DNA of 58,376 nucleotides, filler included, from Porpidia crustulata (Eukaryota): NCBI GenBank assembly GCA_964255105.1. It is 8 parts of 8 records of this genome, joined end to end, with 100 filler letters (N's around TTAATTAATTAA, not from the genome) between each part and the next. Parts side by side here need not be neighbours in the genome. Positions count along the whole stretch, not along the records: positions 51,194 to 58,376 come from CAXUWE010001384.1; 7 more parts are not named here. One strand, 5' to 3'. Shown piece by piece: positions 51,194 to 58,376 of this stretch (position 1 is its first letter; each line of letters starts with the position of its first letter). The notes under the pieces were generated by a model. It saw only the letters and a program-made list of their open reading frames with translations, ran no database searches and was not told where the DNA came from. The position numbers and the translations under genes were made by a program.

Positions 51194-52826
51194 GGGTGAT
51201 ACCGGAAGCTGAGCCGGAGGATGGTCGGGTGGAAGGTGAGGAGAACGAAAGAGAGGAGAGAGAAGGGGACGTATTCGCCGTGGAGGTTGAAAGGCGGAGA
51301 GTTGTTGGAGAGGTCGGATCTTGGCTGCCTGTTGTGCCTGGTATCCTAGGTATCGTGGCGGAAATCCTTGGGCTTGGCATGTTTGATAGATCAGGGGTTG
51401 CCGAAGTACTGTAGGGCCCAACGTCACCGGTAAGGTGCGGCCGAGAATATGGTGCATATAAATGCTGTCTTCGAAAAGACTCATAGTGGCCGCTATTATG
51501 GGTTCCTTTGTGTGTGACCATGCCGAGGAGTTTGTAATTCTTGCGGTGGAGAATGCCACCGAGTGGTAGTTTTTCGGGAAAGGAGACTTTGGCATTATTC
51601 CTAGTTGAGACACTGCGTGGATCGAAGATGGATCTAGATAGGTGGATGACGAGTAGTTTGGGGAAGGAAGTCACCTGAACATGCCGCGCGATAGTCCGTT
51701 TAGGTGCAACCTTGATATCTGGTAATTCTACACCTTCGGGCGTCTTCTCGGGGTCTTCTTGTATCGCGGCTGTAATTTTCTCAATCTCACTCTTGATGCA
51801 ACTTCTTTGCGCTTCTGACTTTGCGGATTTCAAATTTTTCGACGAAATTTCAACCGCGTGCTCTAAGCGACATCTATCGCATTTATAATCTTCTATACAT
51901 TCTGTCTTGAAATGCGCATCGAAGCATTCATTAAGTGTAGTCGAGCTTTTTTGTGGAACCATAAGATTCAACATAACAAAAGAGGTCGGACTAGCCTTCG
52001 GTACAAAATGACAGTGCTGGCACTCGATCCGTGCTTCTGTCTTGCCTTCGAGGGGAAAGCCATCTTCGTCGGCTTCGTCCGCTATGTCCTGGTCATCCTC
52101 GGTGATTACAGGCTCTACGTTAGGGCTCGGCGTTATTGATGCATCCACTGCCTGCTCCGTATTCGTCCAAGTCCTGCAATCGTCGCCGCTCCCCTCAACG
52201 TCCGAAAGCCCTAGGCCGGGTATTTCTTTCGCAGCGAACGGGATTCCTTGGGATTTCCTCCTGGCTCGTTTCCGCGCTTCTCGGCCTGCATGATATTCTT
52301 CTCCAAGCCTCTCCGCAACAATTTGTAACAGCTCTTGAGCGTCTTGCTGGGTCTTACTGATCCTTGTATCGAATGCGTGTTCCAAAACTCCAATGAAGCT
52401 TCCCGCCGAGATGGTCTTCCTGTAGATCGGCCGCTCATTCAGCTGATCCAAGACTATCTTTAAACCCCTCGTAACCTCCCCATTCTGCAAGCTACCCTCC
52501 TTCCGAGGATTGACATCCTTTCCTTTGGCATCTTTCAAGGGTATTGAATTGTATACGGCCGGGCCACCTAATTCCCGACGGTGCAACTCTCGTATCAGGT
52601 ACAACCGCAAGTCCCCAAGGCCTGCGAGAGACTGGAGAATCGAATTGATGAAGCAGTCATTGGCGGGGTTGGATAGCCCCACTATTCCCTTCTTCCGAGT
52701 ACTCGCAGAGCTGTTAGACGCATCGCCGTCAATGAGATAATTGGGATTGAATAGAAAGATCAAAGCGACGGCAGCCAGAGACGCAGTTGCCGCATAAGTT
52801 ATGACAGTGAGCGGTTTATCAGGCAT
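51194..52826 (-). CDS. UBP16: Ubiquitin-specific protease (USP/C19) with N-terminal membrane anchor, UBP16/USP30-like, 3' truncated
   Basis: N-terminal TM (YAATASLAAVALIFLF), Cys box GLSNPANDCFINSILQ, QQDAQE, and His box THKGTHNSGHY. Confidence 0.85.
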
Positions 52827-53169
52827 GATCGGTGAGATTCACCTCCCAGGCATCCGCCAATCAAGCACTTTCCACTCTTGCGATTAATGAGAGAGATTGC
52901 AAATTGTTGTCCATATTGTGTATTCCCAATTAGTGTGGAAAATCGAGTATTTGTAGGAGACGAATTGGAGAGAAGAAATCATGTACCCATCAGTGCCTCT
53001 GGTATGCAATTGACAGAATGCGCTTCCACGAATACGTACTATCGGCAAGACGGTGGAAGGCCGAGGCCCCAGATGTGTAAGGCTGATTGATTACCTAATG
53101 CTGTCCTTCGCCCGCTCGACGTGAACATTCCTTGGAGCTCAATGTGAAGAATATCACTACCTTACCATT

Positions 53170-54133
53170 ATGGCGAGCTTTGTTAGAGCCCCTAAGAGCA
53201 CACAATGTCTCACATGCTTGCATCGAATAGTGAGCAAGGATTTGACTGAAGTAACTTTTCCGTTCTATAGGCAAATGCGAGGAAAGAAGAAATCCACCAA
53301 ACAGCCTGGCACCATTAACGTGAAGCTTCTAGAGGACATCCCAGGATATGGGCGACAAGGTTAATAACCACAGATTCGATTGCGTTGAGATCCATTCACT
53401 GATTGTCTTATGCCCCAGGCTCCATTATTCCTGTTGTGCCTGGAAGGATGCGAAATATCTGGTACCCCCGGCAGAAAGCAGAGTACATGACAGAATCGAA
53501 ACTACGGCAGCTTAACAAGAAAGATGTGGTGATGGAACGAGACTACACCTTTGGCATCGAGCAGCCGGAACGTAGAAATGATGATATAGTAGAGGATCCG
53601 AGTGTGGTAGATGTGGAGATGAAGCTTCTGCGGGTACTTGGATCTGTCTACTGGAATACTGAATAATGTCACTGACTTTATAGCCTCAACGAGCGACTGA
53701 GATCATATCCACTGCATTACCTAGCCACTTGGAATTCTACCGATCACCAATCGCGAGCCCTGAGCCCGAGGCTCCTCAGGAGCAACCCCAGGTTCGGCCT
53801 TCCAGAAAGCAGGCTACTTCAGGAGCAGCAGCAGATCTAGCAGCTGTAGAGGACTCAATGACGGAACTAGTTCCTGAAGTCGTGTCAATCTATGGTTCTG
53901 TATCTACAGCAGATATTGCAGAATCAATCAAGGCCATCCTAGCTGAAACTGAGGACGGTGCTAGAGTGGTACTATCTCCGGAAGACATTACGATATTAAA
54001 CGATGAAAGCCTTACGCCGGGCGCTGAAGCAGATAGGATAAAAGCGTTGGGTGACTATGATGTGGATATCCGTGTGAAAGGAGGTGAGGCGGTCAGGAGG
54101 TCAATCATTGTCAAAGCACAGCAAAGTCAGTGA
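53170..54133 (+). CDS. Mitochondrial ribosomal protein bL9m (Ribosomal_L9_N domain)
   Basis: QMRGKKK..INVKLLEDIPGYGRQ|GSIIPVVPGRMRNIWYP, IYGSVSTADI and RIKALGDY. Introns 53360-53418 and 53634-53683. Confidence 0.85.
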
Positions 54134-54825
54134 ATGTTGGTAATTCGGAACTTGTTAGATGTCCTAGGCCCGCGTGACTCTGACTAAATTATTCAAGAAT
54201 CCGCTCGCATAGTCACCAGTAACAATTTGATGACCTTGTGATTCCTTTAAATCGTCTCATAGGGCCGAATCAGCTGTCACGCTTGGAAGCGCGAGATGTT
54301 CAAGTAGATAGTTCTTCTTAATCACACATTGCCATCGATGATCGTATAAAATATGTAATGTAATATGGTATAATCAATTGACGGATAGTGCTATCTATTT
54401 ATATAAAAGTTCACTGCCGCACGTCATCCTCGAAGGTCAGACTCAACGTTCATACCTACCTAGGCTTCGCACCTAACGCAGTTTTGCAACGGCTTTTATA
54501 CCCGAAGAAGCGCCAATCCAACACCCCCGAGTCCAACAAAAGGTAGTCAGCAGCTTGCTGTTCGACATCCATCACTGTCTTTTCAGATGTGATCTTTCCA
54601 TTTTTGAGGATTTATTTCTCCTCAACTATCCGCTCACCTGATCTACCTAAATTTCTCTTCTCCAGCGGCACACTCCATCTTGAAATAACTCGAACCGCTG
54701 TCGCACTTTCGGAGCAAACGGCTTCATTCCACTGTGTCGCTCATGACGTGAAATATTGCCATTGCTGTTTCCTTTACTCAACGATCTCGCAACTCGAGGT
54801 CCGAGGCGTTTATTCACTCACCATC

Positions 54826-57800
54826 ATGTCTTCTCCAAGCACCAACGGACAGAATTGCCCGTCTGGCGCTAGCGGGGCAGCACAACTTCTGTGCCTCGTT
54901 CAAGACCCATTCGTGGGCGAGGTAGGCCCTTCGAATACGTCGAATTTGATTACAATATGCTGATAATATTGACAGCTGCGTGCCAACGCCTTCTGGGCGT
55001 CCTTGGGGACCTCCATAGGGGTGATGTTACTACTGGCTATCTTCTTCTCGGTCCTTCGACCACACATTTCAAGAGTGTATGCACCGAAGCTCAAATATGG
55101 AGACCAATCACATGCTCCTCCAAAACTTGGCAACGGTGTCCTAGCATGGGTGCCGCCAGTCGCCTCAACAAAGGAGGCTCAATTGGTAGAAAAAATTGGT
55201 TTAGATGCAACTGTCTTCCTGAGGTTCACAAGAATGTGTCGAGACGTGTTCCTTGTACTCGCCGTAGTAGGAGTGGGCATACTGATACCCGCCAATATTG
55301 CTGGAAGTCACAAGGAGCTCTTGATACCTCAAGGTTCGAAAGTGGTTCCGTTTGATAGCTACTTTGCTCTTATGACACCGCAATATGTCTATGGGGATAA
55401 ATACAAAACTCTGTGGAGCCATGTTGTGAGCTCTTATTTAATTAACCTCGTCATTGCATTTTTCCTATGGCGTAACTACATCGTCGTTACAAGGTTGAGA
55501 AGAGAGTATTTCAATAGTCCCGGCTACCAAATGAGCCTATCTTCTCGGACCCTGATGCTCACTGATATCCCGTCGGCACTTCGAACAGACGAAGGAATCC
55601 TCCGGCTAGCTGACCAAGTCGATCAATCTGCTGGTCTACCCCGAGCCACTATTGGCCGCAATGTTAAAGAGCTTCCCGAGCTTATCGAAGAACATGAGAC
55701 GACGGTCAGGAAGCTAGAATCAGTCTTGGCAAAATATTTGAAAAAGCCAGACAATCTTCCGTCCAAGCGTCCCACACTTCGGCCGTCAAAGAAGTATTTG
55801 AAGAATAATGGTGGCCAGAAAGTAGATGCAATTGATTATCTGACTGAACGGATTCGTGAAATCGAGGTTGACATCAATCATGTGAGGGAGTCGATCGACA
55901 AGCGAAATCCTATGCGCTTTGGATTTGCTAGTTACGAGAAAATTGAAGAAGCGCACACGGTTGCTTATATGGCAAGGAATAAGCATCCTCAAGGAGCAAC
56001 CATTAGGCTAGCGCCACAGCCAAAGGACTTGATCTGGAAGAACCTACCACTATCGAAGAAGTCGAGGCGCTGGAAGCGATTCATGAATAACCTTTGGATT
56101 GTGGTGCTGACGTTTATCTGGATTGCCCCTAACGCTTTGATCGCCATATTTCTCTCAAGTTTATCTAACCTTGCCTTGGTCTGGCCGTCGTTTCAGAAGA
56201 ATTTTAATGGCCACCGGTTGGGTTGGTCAATTGTTCAGGGCATTGCATCTCCGGCACTTACATCTCTCGTGTATCTGCTGCTCCCCATTGCGTTCAGACG
56301 CCTTTCGATTCGTGCTGGCGATACAACCAAGTTCTCTCGGGAACGGCACGTCCTCACGAAGCTTTACGCATTTTTTATCTTCAATAACCTCTTAGTCTTC
56401 TCACTCTTCTCCGCGTTGTGGCGATACATTGCCGCTGTCATCAACCTCACGGATCAGAGTCACGAGGACTTCTTAACCGCTGTTAAGCACGGCGCTTTCT
56501 TTGTAAAAATGATGATTGGGCTCTGTTCTGTTTCCCCGTTCTGGCTTACCTGGCTGCTGCAACGAAATCTTGGCGCCGCAATCGATTTGGCACAGATATG
56601 GAATTTGATTTACCAATGGTTCATGCGCACGTTCATGAACCCGACCCCGAGGCAGGCCATCGAGTGGACTGCCCCGACCGCGTTTGACTATGCCGACTAC
56701 TACAATTACTTCTTGTTTTACGCCACTGTGGCGCTTTGCTTCGCAACTCTCCAACCGCTTGTACTTCCGATCACCGCATTTTATTTCGCACTGGACTATT
56801 GGCTGAAAAAGTACTTACTACTCTACGTTTTCATTACAAAAGCCGAATCTGGGGGCCAGTATTGGCCTATCCTCTACAATCGGATGATCTTTGCCACCAT
56901 CGCTTCGAATTTCGTTATCGCACTCGTCCTTCTGGCCAACGGCTCGTGGTCTATGATTATCTGCATGATCCCACTCCCAATATTAATGCTAGCCTTCAAA
57001 TGGTATTGTTTCAGGGCCTTCAATGACCAGAACAAGTACTATACGAAGGCCACCCTTAGAGACGCAGAACATCTTGCGCATCCAACTACCAGACCACAAT
57101 ACAAAGACCGAGTTTCAACCAAATTCGGACATCCAGCCCTTTACAAGAGCCTCATGACCCCAATGGTCCATGAAAAAGCCCGGCATGTCCTCTCGCAGGT
57201 CTACCGTGGCCGAATGGATACAGATAATGCTGACGGCGTGCCCGATGGCTATTCCGGCATCGCCATGGATCCCATGTCGCAATCTCAACCAGGAAAAGTC
57301 GCTCGCTTTGACCGCTCAGTCGACGAGCAAAAACAAAAGGACATGTTTGAAGTTGTCCCCGAATCACAGCTCGATTTTGAGTTTTATAAACACCGAAGCG
57401 ATTTTGCCGGCGAACACGGGGGTGATGGTGAGCTCTACGGCAAACCTTCCGACCTTATCAGCGAAAGGAGCAGCACACCCAGAAGCTTCTTGGGCCGCGG
57501 TAGTGACTCCATGCCCAGTTCCCGAGCCTCGAGCCCTGGGCTAGATTACGGGGATGCCGCGGCACGAAGGGGCTTGAGGGCAGACGATTCCCCGGACCGC
57601 GGCTCTCCGCATAGAAGTCAGGGTGATGGGGGTTCAACAGGGGTGTACAATATGGGTAATGAGAGCGAGAGCAGGTTGCTTAATGGCGCGCAACCACTCG
57701 GACACACAGACGAGGGAGCAAGAGAGCATTACGGGCTCGACAGGTGGAGGACAGGGGGAAGTGGGTATGTGGGTCTGCCCGGGTCAGAGATGGAGGATGG

Positions 57801-57831
57801 AGGTTATGACACTTATCGAGGGAGAAGGTAA
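54826..57831 (+). CDS. OSCA/TMEM63/CSC1 (DUF221, RSN1-like) stress-gated cation channel
   Basis: Exon 54826-54921 plus intron 54922-54975. VYAPK, GLDATVFLRF, LAPQPKDLIWKNL and many TM helices including YWLKKYLLLYVFITKAESGG. Confidence 0.92.
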
Positions 57832-58376
57832 GCTGTTAGTAATGAATATCTGGTAAGGCGGAATGATTATTGCACTGCGTGCGGGGCTGCTTTGTGCAGG
57901 GACGGTGCCTTTTGTGATTTGAAAGCGGTCTCAAGTGACGGTTCAAGCGGGCTTGATCTGCCCGCCAAAATATAGAAGACAGAGGGGGTGCGGTTGGCGT
58001 TGGATCGATGGGTAGACATGGTGGGCATAGATGGAAGATACCCGAGTGTTCACTCCTTTGCAATCTACAACGGCTGCGAACAACAGCAAAGGTCAGGAAA
58101 TGTTGGCGACAGATTCGATAAACGAATATTTATCTCAGTGCCCCAAAAGACTTCCGTTCCCGAGCGCTACGAGATCCTCTGCAGCACCCTGATCAAATCC
58201 CCTGTAACTCCCATCGCCGTGACCTCCGCCCCAGCCCTACAGCAGCACCATCAGCAATCCCACCCTCCCAAAAAGAACCCCAAAGTTAAAAAAAGGAACA
58301 AAAACTCACCCAGCCCCTTGCACAATCAACGGGTTCTCCCCATACCTATCCGTATAAAACTTAATAATATTATCAC

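Noticed and set aside
1..58376. tRNA, rRNA, CRISPR arrays or intact transposase/RT genes
   Set aside because: None recognisable by eye; a tRNAscan-SE/Infernal run would be needed to exclude small RNAs

Overview
Eukaryotic DNA from a filamentous ascomycete, with GT-AG introns and CTRAC/CTAAT branch sites. A lichen-forming Lecanoromycete is plausible but is only an inference. The window is not one locus. It is eight unrelated ~7.2-kb contigs (7232, 7227, 7223, 7221, 7205, 7202, 7183, 7183 bp, sorted by length) joined by artificial 100-bp N44-TTAATTAATTAA-N44 linkers, so gene neighbourhoods are only meaningful within a contig. Housekeeping genes include DEF1, creA, a THI20-like HMP kinase, eIF3L, epsin, TOP1, ATP3, a UBP16-like USP, mitochondrial ribosomal L9 and an OSCA/TMEM63 channel. 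The most interesting accessory locus is contig 4. There a ~1341-aa helical-repeat plus CHAT (caspase-like) protease with an intact His/Cys dyad sits head-to-head (295 bp) with an uncharacterised ~304-aa beta-rich protein carrying an amphipathic hairpin and an acidic N-terminal leader. This is a candidate protease-activated cell-death/immunity module whose effector does not look like a gasdermin by eye. Other notable items are a SesB-like hydrolase-NACHT NLR facing a fructosamine kinase, a decayed DUF3723 (Starship-associated) gene, a ~440-bp inverted-repeat element with one-sided RIP-like mutation, a TA-flanked 113-bp hairpin inside an intron, a small secreted Cys-containing protein, and splicing oddities. 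All family assignments are by eye; no searches were run.
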